From positions 52,286 to 116,285 of the forward strand of contig DYKF01000001.1 in assembly GCA_020722745.1 (NCBI GenBank): 64,000 nucleotides of DNA, in the 5' to 3' direction. The notes under the pieces are model-generated. The model was not told the DNA's origin and did not search any database. It saw only the letters and a program-made list of their open reading frames with translations. The stretch's first letter is position 1. The number at the start of each line of letters is the position of its first letter. Shown here piece by piece: positions 10,140-17,873 of this stretch. The DNA comes from Caldithrix sp. (GTDB taxonomy: Bacteria > Spirochaetota > Leptospiria > Turneriellales > Turneriellaceae). The translations under genes and the position numbers were made by a program.

Positions 10140-11630
10140 ATGTTCTTTCAGCCGTTTTACCCATCACCCAACCGTCTTCGTCTATACTTCTCCGCCTGGA
10201 CAGTGCTCACTGGATCGGCAAGAGCGCTTGCTTTCGGGATTGTTCTGTTTGCCGCTCTCTCCTTTCTGTGGATTTTTGCGTATGGCATGCTCAATAACCT
10301 TGCCGCGAGTGTTTACGCTTGGTCAAAGGATTCCATGCCTGTCGTCGCAAACCTGATTGCCTCGGCAGATAAACAGATACGACACGCAAATACTAAATGG
10401 ATCCAGAAGGACGCAGGGCTTGGAGTGCTTCGCTATGAGTTTTACATAAAAGAGAAAAAAGAATGGGCCGCCTTCCTGAAACAACAATATCCGAATGCAG
10501 AGTTTTCAAACGACGGGCATGGTTTTCTCAAGGCGAAAGTAAATACAGGCAAAGAATCTTCTGCATGGATCACAGTATCCGATTACCAGCCTGTATTTTC
10601 GAATACAGCGGTGGCCTATCAATCGGTCAAGGGCATCTATCTATCGGGAAGTTCGGCTACTCCCCAAAAGATTTCATTCTTTATTCAATACTTGAAAAAA
10701 GGCCACGGCAATGGAATCGTGTACGATGTCAAAGACGTGACAGGCTATCTCAATTACCCCACGATTCACGGGGACGTAAAGAATGTGCAGAAGGGAATAC
10801 GAGCACCCATTCCTTCCCTCAAAAAACTGCATGCGAGACTGGGTAAAGAAAAAATCTACTCTATCGCGAGGGTAACTCTCTTTCAAGATGAGGTTTTAGC
10901 TAAAAGTAAACCCAATCTTGCCATACACCTCCAGAACGGAAAGCCGCTACTCGTGAAGGGAAGACCCATCTGGGTAGATCCCTATAAAAAAGAAGTGCGC
11001 GATTACAATCTCAAGATTATCTGGGAGGTAATCCACTCCGGTGTAAACGAAATACAGCTCGATTATGTTCGCTACCCGGCAGAAGGCAACTGGAAACAAG
11101 CCCGCTATGCTGGACTAACCGATCATTACGAAAAACCACGCGTCCTTGCTGGATTTTTACAGCAGGTACATTCCTTGACATCCGCCTATGGAGTAAAACT
11201 TTCCATAGACATTTTTGGAGTTGTCGCATGGCAGGAAAAACTCGATATCAAGAGTACAGGGCAGGACATGCGGATTCTTTCCCAGGCCGCCGATGTTCTT
11301 TCGCCCATGCTGTATCCATCTCATTTTGAGAACGGCTTTGGTGGGGTTGCCTCGCCTGGAGACCACCCCTACGAATTTATACTGACGGGAATACAGAAAC
11401 TGCAGGATATTTCAGGAGAGACCGTCATCCGTCCCTGGATTCAGGCTTTTGCGTGGAGAGTATCCAATTACAATGCTCAATATATCGAAAAACAGATACA
11501 GGCTACTTTTGATTCGGGAGAAACAGGTTTTCTTCTTTGGAACGCAGGAAACGAATATCTGTCTTTTCGGATGCCGGAAGAAAAACGTAAACGAGCCGCG
11601 CTAAAAAGCAATTTCTCCGGTTCTCTGTAA
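10140..11630 (+). CDS. Putative glycoside hydrolase, DUF4015/GHL TIM-barrel family, membrane-anchored (paralog 1)
   Basis: ORF track gives 9966..11630, but the first 58 aa overlap the divergent giant gene. ATG at 10140 (MFFQPFYPSPN...) precedes a TM helix (ALAFGIVLFAALSFLWIFAYGML). Motif IQLDYVRYPAEGNW matches EIQFDYIRFPSDG in the 43860..45782 paralog. Stop overlaps the queA start (TAATG). Confidence 0.75.
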   Translation: MFFQPFYPSPNRLRLYFSAWTVLTGSARALAFGIVLFAALSFLWIFAYGMLNNLAASVYAWSKDSMPVVANLIASADKQIRHANTKWIQKDAGLGVLRYEFYIKEKKEWAAFLKQQYPNAEFSNDGHGFLKAKVNTGKESSAWITVSDYQPVFSNTAVAYQSVKGIYLSGSSATPQKISFFIQYLKKGHGNGIVYDVKDVTGYLNYPTIHGDVKNVQKGIRAPIPSLKKLHARLGKEKIYSIARVTLFQDEVLAKSKPNLAIHLQNGKPLLVKGRPIWVDPYKKEVRDYNLKIIWEVIHSGVNEIQLDYVRYPAEGNWKQARYAGLTDHYEKPRVLAGFLQQVHSLTSAYGVKLSIDIFGVVAWQEKLDIKSTGQDMRILSQAADVLSPMLYPSHFENGFGGVASPGDHPYEFILTGIQKLQDISGETVIRPWIQAFAWRVSNYNAQYIEKQIQATFDSGETGFLLWNAGNEYLSFRMPEEKRKRAALKSNFSGSL

Positions 11631-12670
11631 TGTTCCCCGGTTTTGAACAGTATAATTTTGATTTACCCGATGAACAAATCGCAAGGGAACCCGTAGAGCC
11701 GGCAGACAGTTGCCGCCTGTTGGTTGCATCTTCGGATCTCGTCGATTCCGTGTTTAACAAACTCCCGGATTTTCTCGCTCCGGGAGATCTCCTCATCGCC
11801 AACAATACGCGGGTAGAAGCGCGCCGCGTTGCCATGCATTCCCCAAATGGAAGAATCGTCGAGGTACTCCTGGTAGAAGAGTTGCCAGAGCTTTGCCCCC
11901 ATTGCTGGAAAATTCTGTTTACCGGAATGGGTAAAGCAAAAGATGGAGATATTTTCCTTGCTGTTCGGGATGAATCGTTTTTATTTCGCATTCGCAGAAT
12001 GGGAGATGCCATTGCCATGCAGGCAGGGGGGGATATTTCATTTGAGGACTTTAATAAAATTGGTGACATGCCGATTCCTCCGTATTTCAAAAGAGCTGCC
12101 CACGATAAGGATTCCATTCATTACCAGAATCCCTTTGGAGAGAAGGGAGGATCTGCAGCTGCACCTACCGCTGCGCTGCATTTTACGGACTCGCTGCTTC
12201 ATGCACTCAAAGAGAAGGGAATTAGGATGGAGTTTGTGACGCTTAATGTAGGCTATGGAACCTTTGCGCCCCTGACTGCGGAAAATTTTGCTGAAAAAAA
12301 ACTGCATGCAGAACGCTATGAGGTTCCCATTTCTCTGGCTAAAATTCTCTCGGCCAAAAAATATAACCGACTCATTGCCATCGGGACGACTACGCTGCGG
12401 GTTTTAGAACATGTTCACCGCGAAACACAGGGACTCTTTGATCATTCTCTTTGGGGAAGCACGCAGTTGTTTGTCCATCCTCCCGATACCGTGCAGAGTA
12501 TAGACGGTCTTATTACCAATTTTCATATCCCTAAGTCTTCTCTGCTTCTTCTCGTCGCAAGCCTGTATGGCCCCGAAAAAATGATGAAAGCCTATCGCCA
12601 TGCGATTGACGCAGGATACAGATTCTATACTTATGGCGACGCCATGCTTGTTTTAAATCAACGAATATAG
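11630..12670 (+). CDS. queA: tRNA preQ1(34) S-adenosylmethionine ribosyltransferase-isomerase QueA
   Basis: 346 aa. YNFDLPDEQIAREPVEPADSCRLLV N-terminus, IGTTTLRVLE motif, typical length. Confidence 0.95.
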   Translation: MFPGFEQYNFDLPDEQIAREPVEPADSCRLLVASSDLVDSVFNKLPDFLAPGDLLIANNTRVEARRVAMHSPNGRIVEVLLVEELPELCPHCWKILFTGMGKAKDGDIFLAVRDESFLFRIRRMGDAIAMQAGGDISFEDFNKIGDMPIPPYFKRAAHDKDSIHYQNPFGEKGGSAAAPTAALHFTDSLLHALKEKGIRMEFVTLNVGYGTFAPLTAENFAEKKLHAERYEVPISLAKILSAKKYNRLIAIGTTTLRVLEHVHRETQGLFDHSLWGSTQLFVHPPDTVQSIDGLITNFHIPKSSLLLLVASLYGPEKMMKAYRHAIDAGYRFYTYGDAMLVLNQRI

Positions 12671-12679
12671 TGAGGAATA

Positions 12680-12922
12680 ATGGAACCAACAATTATTGGA
12701 GAAATACCACGCAACGCCAAGGAAGTCACACGAGTAAGCATCAGCGAATTCAAAGGGAAAAAATATGTCGATATTCGCGTCTGGTTTAAATCGGAGAACG
12801 GAGACTATGCCCCCGGAAAAAAAGGAATTGCGATAGCGACGGAAAACCTGGAGCAGCTCAAGAAACTCATCCAAAAATCCGAAGATTACCTGGGAAATAC
12901 GGATGTCTCAGGAGCTCGTTAA
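12680..12922 (+). CDS. PC4/YdbC family ssDNA-binding protein
   Basis: 80 aa. VSISEFKGKKYVDIRVWFKSENGDYAPGKKGIAI matches the PC4 fold signature (sEfkGk..vdIR.w.....g...PgkKGi.l). Confidence 0.75.
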   Translation: MEPTIIGEIPRNAKEVTRVSISEFKGKKYVDIRVWFKSENGDYAPGKKGIAIATENLEQLKKLIQKSEDYLGNTDVSGAR

Positions 12923-13544
12923 ACGTTTTGGATCCAGACACAATCCTGGTCAGGTAATTTTTGCCGAAGGTGACTCTGGCAAAGAAATGTATATTATCCA
13001 TAAAGGCCATGTCTCGATCAGCAAGCGCGCCAAAAAGGCAGAGCAGACTCTTGCGCATTTAGGAGAGGGTGATTTTTTTGGAGAGATGGCTCTCTTTACA
13101 GACCAGACGCGTTCTGCTACAGCGACAGTTCTGGAGCCATCGATTATTTTGCGCATCGATGCAAAATCGTTTGAATACATGGTCCATAGCAACGCGGAGT
13201 TTGCCGTCAACATGATCCGCAAAATGTCTGAGCGCCTTAAAGCAGCAGATGATCAGATTATGGAGCTTATATCTTTTTCGCCAGAGACGCGATTGTTGAA
13301 GGCTTTGTCATTATACTGGAAAAAAGAGGGAACTAAAGATAAAACGGGAGAGGTTCTCCTGCTTCCATACGAAGGCTTTCTGGAATTTGTGCGCAAAAAC
13401 CAGGGAATCAATGTGGAGAACGCCAATGCCGATCTGCTCAAGCTTAAAAATAAAGAGCTGGTTCACATTAGAAAAGATTTTTCGGGCAAACTGTATATTT
13501 CCTTTTCACCACGCATTCTCGACTATTTTAATATTATTATTTAG
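12903..13544 (+). CDS. Cyclic nucleotide-binding domain protein (Crp/Fnr-like)
   Basis: 213 aa. cNMP-binding signature GDSGKEMYIIHKGHV...GEGDFFGEMALF...RSATA. Overlaps the PC4-like gene by 20 nt. Confidence 0.85.
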   Translation: MSQELVKRFGSRHNPGQVIFAEGDSGKEMYIIHKGHVSISKRAKKAEQTLAHLGEGDFFGEMALFTDQTRSATATVLEPSIILRIDAKSFEYMVHSNAEFAVNMIRKMSERLKAADDQIMELISFSPETRLLKALSLYWKKEGTKDKTGEVLLLPYEGFLEFVRKNQGINVENANADLLKLKNKELVHIRKDFSGKLYISFSPRILDYFNIII

Positions 13545-13545
13545 G

Positions 13546-13581
13546 TAAGCCCTGAAAAAGTCCCTTCGTGGACTTTTTCAG
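13546..13581 (+). repeat. H-family repeat copy H1: perfect 12-bp stem hairpin 2 nt after the Crp-like stop
   Basis: GTAAGCC-CTGAAAAAGTCC-cttcgt-GGACTTTTTCAG. Arms at 13552-13563 and 13570-13581. Its 5' part is near-identical to 13677-13710. Confidence 0.8.
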
Positions 13582-13584
13582 ATC

Positions 13585-13614
13585 GCAAAACACGGGCAAT
13601 GCCCGCTGTTTTGC
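13585..13614. repeat. Imperfect palindrome/hairpin
   Basis: GCAAAACACGGGCA-AT-GCCCGCTGTTTTGC, one bulge. Overlapping CAAAAC/GTTTTG complementary blocks follow up to about 13645. Confidence 0.7.
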
Positions 13615-13654
13615 TCCAAAACGCTGCGAAAACTGCTGTTTTCTTCGCCTTTTG

Positions 13655-13674
13655 CCGGTCCATCCATGGACCGG
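13655..13674. repeat. Perfect 9-bp-arm palindrome
   Basis: CCGGTCCAT-cc-ATGGACCGG read directly. Confidence 0.8.
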
Positions 13675-13676
13675 AA

Positions 13677-13749
13677 GTAAGCTCTGAAAAAGTCCCTCCG
13701 TGGACTTTTTGCCTGCGGCTTGCTACGCATTGACCCTGCGGGGACAGGC
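13677..13749 (+). repeat. H-family repeat copy H2
   Basis: GTAAGCTCTGAAAAAGTCCctccgtGGACTTTTTGCCTGCGGCTTGCTACGCATTGACCCTGCGGGGACAGGC. Aligns with H1 (13546), H3 (31118) and the 17-mer at 41475. Confidence 0.8.
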
Positions 13750-13789
13750 AGACGGTAAAAGCAGGGGAAAGCCTGAGACACAGAATAAA

Positions 13790-13885
13790 GGGGCCTCTAT
13801 TTTTTGAAAATTTTGAAAAAAATTAAATTTATATGCCTATCTATTGCAGCAGAGAAGCTTAAAATATTAATTCTTAGATCTTGCC
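13790..13885 (-). repeat. E-family ~96-nt palindromic intergenic element, copy E4 (inverted relative to E1/E2)
   Basis: GGGGCCTCTATTTTTTGAAAATTTTGAAAAAAATTAAATTTATATGCC...ATATTAATTCTTAGATCTTGCC aligns end to end with the reverse complement of 17519-17614 and 46368-46466. Confidence 0.8.
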
Positions 13886-14098
13886 TAAAGCAGTTACACA
13901 CTTTACTTCTCATAATATACATTATGTCACATTGCAAGCAAAACTCCCAGGCGTTTCGCAACTTGCATACTGTTCGACAAAACGAACCCCCCAAGCGTTT
14001 TGCTGCAATCTTTTTTGCGCAACAAAATAGAAGCGGTAAGCCGCTTTCACTGCCAAAATAAAACGGAATACAGAGCTATTCGTGGCAGCCATCCTAAA

Positions 14099-14403
14099 CT
14101 ACAAAGCTCTATAGATTCGGGTTTGTCTGGTCACGCCAAACAGTTCAATGCTTCGCAGAATCAATTTGCTCCTGGTATTCTTATAAAGTGAAAATTCAAA
14201 TTCCGAAAAAACTCCCAGTGCCGAAATTTTGTCTTCGATGCGCAGGAGGTCCGGCAGAGATACATCTCCCATGAAAGAAATTTCGAGCACAGTGTCTTCT
14301 TCAAACTGCTTGCACGCGGACCAAATGTATTCGTGAAAACATTCTCAGCCCGGATTCGATTCAATTCTGGTTCTGTAAGTCCAATTTTTGCCGCTGATTC
14401 CAT
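14099..14403 (-). pseudogene. Small hypothetical gene (~101 aa if repaired) interrupted by a 1-nt frameshift in a homopolymer
   Basis: ATG at 14403 lies 1 nt after the TAA of the upstream gene and gives MESAAKIGLTEPELNRIRAEN. At the run 14336-14339 (TTTT on the minus strand) the protein-like reading continues in another frame: FHEYIWSACKQFEEDTVLEISFMGDVSLPDLLRIEDKISALGVFSEFEFSLYKNTRSKLILRSIELFGVTRQTRIYRAL. The original frame turns Cys/Arg-rich. One extra T would fuse the two parts. Confidence 0.45.
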
Positions 14404-14404
14404 T

Positions 14405-15301
14405 TTATTTTCGAATGAGATTCTCCAAAGCCCGAGCAATCGTGGAAAACCGAAATTCATAGCCGGAATTCAGAAGATGGCTGGGGATCGCCTGCTGGCC
14501 AGACAGGATGAGTTCTTTGGCCATTTGACCGAGCAAAAGCTCTAAAATGGCTCCGGGAACGGGTACGGGATTAAACCGGTGCAGCACACGATTGAGAGCG
14601 CTTGAAAATTCCCGGTTCGTAACTGGATTGGGCGCAGTAAAATTGAAGATCCCCGAAAGTTTCTTCTGCACCAGATGCAAAATAGCCCCGGATACATCTT
14701 CCTTGTGAATCCAGGGAATATATTGCCGCCCATTGCCAATCCGAGAACCCAGATTGAGGCGAAACAGCGGCAGCAAAGCCTTTAGAAAACCGGAATCCCG
14801 GTCGAGAAACGTGCCCATGCGAACCATGGCTAAGGGAATCCCCGCGTCCGGCAGCGGTGTTGCAGCAGCCTCCCAGCGGATGGCAAGGTCCGATAAAAAC
14901 CCCCTTCCTGGTTTTGTTGTTTCGTCTGCCAGATCCTGCATATTTCCATAAATTCCCGTTGCAGAGCCCTGTATCACAAGAATCGGTTTATTAGATGATG
15001 AGAGAATAGCCTGTACGAGTGCCTTTGTAGTTAACACCCTGCTATTGGTGAGCTCTCCCTTGCGGGCAACGCTCCATCTCTGTTCGGCTATGGAAGCTCC
15101 CGCAAGATTAATAAGAACGGTAGGTTTTTCAAAAATCTGCGAGGCCTTCCGCTCAAAATCGGAGTAATGCAGAGAATCCTGCTCGGGAGTTGGATTTCGA
15201 CTGATCCATACAACATTCACTCCCAAAGCCTGGAAAGTCTTTGTCAGTAAACGGCCAATGGATCCGGATCCACCCGCAATGAGAACCTGTTCTACATCCA
15301 T
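14405..15301 (-). CDS. TIGR01777/YfcH-type NAD-dependent epimerase family protein (SDR with DUF1731 C-terminus)
   Basis: 298 aa. Rossmann motif VLIAGGSGSIGRLL. Length and C-terminal region typical of the YfcH/SDR39U1 family. Confidence 0.8.
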   Translation of the reverse strand: MDVEQVLIAGGSGSIGRLLTKTFQALGVNVVWISRNPTPEQDSLHYSDFERKASQIFEKPTVLINLAGASIAEQRWSVARKGELTNSRVLTTKALVQAILSSSNKPILVIQGSATGIYGNMQDLADETTKPGRGFLSDLAIRWEAAATPLPDAGIPLAMVRMGTFLDRDSGFLKALLPLFRLNLGSRIGNGRQYIPWIHKEDVSGAILHLVQKKLSGIFNFTAPNPVTNREFSSALNRVLHRFNPVPVPGAILELLLGQMAKELILSGQQAIPSHLLNSGYEFRFSTIARALENLIRK

Positions 15302-15381
15302 CGTGCCGATTATGAAACAATTTCAAGGAAGGCAAGCTAAAAAGAATTTGACCACCTGTTTTTCGATATTCCTTTACCCTT

Positions 15382-16374
15382 ATGACATTTCCCGAACGCC
15401 CCCGAAGAAACCGCCAGTCTGCCGCTGTTCGCAGCATGGTACAGGAAACCTCTATTTCTGTGAAGCAGCTCGTAATGCCTTTGTTCCTTCTGCCGGGCGA
15501 ATCGACTCGAAACGAAGTTGCATCCATGCCCGGAATTTTCCGCTACGGCGAAAAAGCCATGTTGCAGCAGATTGAGCAGGCTCTGCAACTTGGCCTTGAC
15601 AAGTTTATTCTCTTCCCCGCTGTAGAGAACGATAAAAAAAATTCCCTCGGAACGTACAGTTACAGCAGCGAGAATTTTTACCTGGACTATATTCGCAAAA
15701 TCAAAGCACGATTTCCAGAAGCTGTTGTCATTACAGATGTCGCTTTGGATCCCTACTCTTCCGATGGTCACGACGGCATTCTCAAAGATGGTCAAATTCT
15801 TAATGACGAAACAATCGAAGTTCTGGTAAAAATGTCCCTGGCACAGGCGGCTGCGGGAGCAGATATTCTTGGACCGTCTGACATGATGGACGGCCGAGTT
15901 GGAGCAATTCGGCAGGCACTCGAAGAGAATGGCTTTTCCCATACAGGTATCATGTCGTACACGGCCAAATACGCATCTGCCTTTTATGGCCCCTTTCGCG
16001 ATGCACTCGACTCTGCCCCTAAGTCGGGAGACAAAAAAACATACCAAATGGATCCGGCCAACGCCCGCGAAGCCCTGCGCGAAGCAGCGCTCGACGAAGC
16101 AGAGGGAGCAGACTATCTCATGGTTAAACCGGCTCTTTCGTATCTCGACATTATCCAGACACTGCGCAATTTTTCTACCCTTCCGATTGTTGCCTACAAT
16201 GTAAGCGGTGAATACGCCATGGTCAAAGCGGCTGCTTCTAAAGGCTGGATAGACGGAGAAAAAGTCCGCGATGAAATGCTGCTTTCCATGCGGCGGGCCG
16301 GTGCGGATATCGTGATCACGTATTTTGCCCTGGAATTTGCAGAAGCGCAAAATCGGCTTGCATCACAGCGCTGA
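15382..16374 (+). CDS. hemB: Porphobilinogen synthase (delta-aminolevulinate dehydratase)
   Basis: 330 aa. RPRRNRQSAAVRSMVQET N-terminus, active-site region ADYLMVKPALSYLDII, SGEYAM motif. Confidence 0.95.
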   Translation: MTFPERPRRNRQSAAVRSMVQETSISVKQLVMPLFLLPGESTRNEVASMPGIFRYGEKAMLQQIEQALQLGLDKFILFPAVENDKKNSLGTYSYSSENFYLDYIRKIKARFPEAVVITDVALDPYSSDGHDGILKDGQILNDETIEVLVKMSLAQAAAGADILGPSDMMDGRVGAIRQALEENGFSHTGIMSYTAKYASAFYGPFRDALDSAPKSGDKKTYQMDPANAREALREAALDEAEGADYLMVKPALSYLDIIQTLRNFSTLPIVAYNVSGEYAMVKAAASKGWIDGEKVRDEMLLSMRRAGADIVITYFALEFAEAQNRLASQR

Positions 16375-16393
16375 TACGGCAGGACGGTGAATT

Positions 16394-17518
16394 ATGGCTT
16401 ATAAAACTCCAGCCCTTCTTCTTTCACGAAACAGAATCCTCAGGAACTACCGGGAGCTGCATTCCGCATTTCCAGATTTTGAAATAGCCTATGCAATTAA
16501 ATCCAATTCTTTTCCCGGCATCATAGAAACCCTGCGCGACGAAGGCTCGTCCTTTGAGACGGCTTCCTGGGCAGAAATCAGTTTCCTTCTGGGACTTGGC
16601 ATCCCTCCGGAAAAGATAGTCTTCTCCAACCCCATGAAACCATCTTACGCGATTGAAAAGGCGCTGGATGCCGGAGTAAACGTCATGTCCTTTGACTCTC
16701 TGGACGAAGTCGATAAACTTGCCGTATTTCGCGACCGCGTCAAGGCTGTTCTGCGCATCCAGGTCCCCAACGAAGGATCGATGTGGCCGCTCACTGGGAA
16801 ATTTGGTGTCGCTTCCAATCGATGGCCTGCCATTCTAGAGAGGATGAAAAAAAAAGGCCTGCCACTTGCCGGAATTACGTTTCACCCCGGCTCTCAGTGT
16901 GAAACAATCCTCGGCTGGGAAGCAGCCATGAAACACGCCTATGATATTTTTTCACTGGCTCGCTCCATGGGTTTCCAACCAGAAATCCTCAACATTGGCG
17001 GCGGCTTTCCAACGGATTTAGGCCGCCCTATTCCCTCCGTTGCCTCTATTGCAAAAGTTGTATACAAGCATTTAAACCAGTGGGATACCGAAGGATTAAA
17101 ACCCAAAAGGCTGCTCATGGAACCCGGGCGCGGCATATCTGGTTCTGCAGGAATTCTCGTGGCCCGCATAATCGGAACGGCTTCGCGCGACAAAGACTGG
17201 GCCTTTCTCGATGCCGGCGTATTTTCGGGAATGATGGAAACCATTGATGGAATTACGTATCCTCTCGAATCCAATGCACCGGGAGAATGGGAATCGAGCT
17301 ATATTCTGTGCGGTCCAAGCTGCGACTCCGTAGATAAAATGTTCACTGCCTATCTGCCCAAACTGCGCGAAGGAGATATCATTGCCTTCCGAGGGGCTGG
17401 CGCCTATACAACAGTCTATAGCTCCAATTTTAACGGATTTGATCCGCCAACTCCCTATTACCTGGATGAGCTGCCCGAGGGCGATGCAATCTTTGCCCTC
17501 TTTAATGACGAAGAGTAA
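16394..17518 (+). CDS. Type III PLP-dependent decarboxylase (ornithine/lysine/DAP decarboxylase family)
   Basis: 374 aa. PLP-lysine motif YAIKSN, HPGSQ, GGGFP, EPGR and CGPSCDSVD motifs of Orn/DAP/Arg decarboxylase family 2. Confidence 0.85.
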   Translation: MAYKTPALLLSRNRILRNYRELHSAFPDFEIAYAIKSNSFPGIIETLRDEGSSFETASWAEISFLLGLGIPPEKIVFSNPMKPSYAIEKALDAGVNVMSFDSLDEVDKLAVFRDRVKAVLRIQVPNEGSMWPLTGKFGVASNRWPAILERMKKKGLPLAGITFHPGSQCETILGWEAAMKHAYDIFSLARSMGFQPEILNIGGGFPTDLGRPIPSVASIAKVVYKHLNQWDTEGLKPKRLLMEPGRGISGSAGILVARIIGTASRDKDWAFLDAGVFSGMMETIDGITYPLESNAPGEWESSYILCGPSCDSVDKMFTAYLPKLREGDIIAFRGAGAYTTVYSSNFNGFDPPTPYYLDELPEGDAIFALFNDEE

Positions 17519-17614
17519 GGAACCTCTAATAATTAATTGCTTATCCTTTCCTCTTGGAGTGTATAAGGTAATAAAATTATTTTTTTCAAAATTTTGAATA
17601 AATAGAGGCTCCCC
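17519..17614 (+). repeat. E-family ~96-nt palindromic intergenic element, copy E1
   Basis: Starts directly after the TAA stop (17516-17518) and fills the convergent gap: GGAACCTCTAATAATTAATT...TATAAGG...TCAAAATTTTGAATAAATAGAGGCTCCCC. The ends are imperfect inverted repeats (GGAACCTCTAATAATT vs rc GGAGCCTCTATTTATT). Confidence 0.8.
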
Positions 17615-17618
17615 GTAA

Positions 17619-17873
17619 TTAATTCGGTGAGCCAATCCGGCCCACGCGCTGGCCCTGGCTCACGATTTCTCCCGGCTGTGCAAATACTTCGAGAAGCATG
17701 CCGGTTGCGGGAGCCTCCAACGTAAAGGCTGCTTTATCTGTCACGAGCTCCGCAAGCTCCTGGCCTTCGGAGACAGAATCCCCTGGTTGCACCAGCCACG
17801 AGACAAACTCAATCTGATCTGTCTCGCCCAGGTCTGGCACAAATAATTCTACTCCGTCATTTCCAGCTGTCAT
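17619..17873 (-). CDS. Stand-alone biotin/lipoyl attachment domain protein
   Basis: 84 aa. VSEGQELAELVTDKAAFTLEAPATGMLLEV carries the lipoyl-lysine TDKA context of E2/GcvH-like domains. Overlaps the upstream oxidoreductase gene by 17 nt. Confidence 0.8.
   Translation of the reverse strand: MTAGNDGVELFVPDLGETDQIEFVSWLVQPGDSVSEGQELAELVTDKAAFTLEAPATGMLLEVFAQPGEIVSQGQRVGRIGSPN

Noticed and set aside
13545-14098. Possible degenerate CRISPR array or leader (recurrent GTTTTG/CAAAAC blocks, AT-rich stretch)
   Set aside because: There is no constant repeat length or regular repeat-spacer periodicity. The blocks are mutually complementary hairpin arms rather than direct repeats. No cas genes are present in the window.
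15337-16350. 337-aa ORF antisense to almost the whole of hemB
   Set aside because: hemB on the plus strand has unmistakable conserved motifs. The antisense product is Cys/Arg/Phe/Gly-rich with no motif and is a typical shadow ORF of a moderately GC-rich gene.
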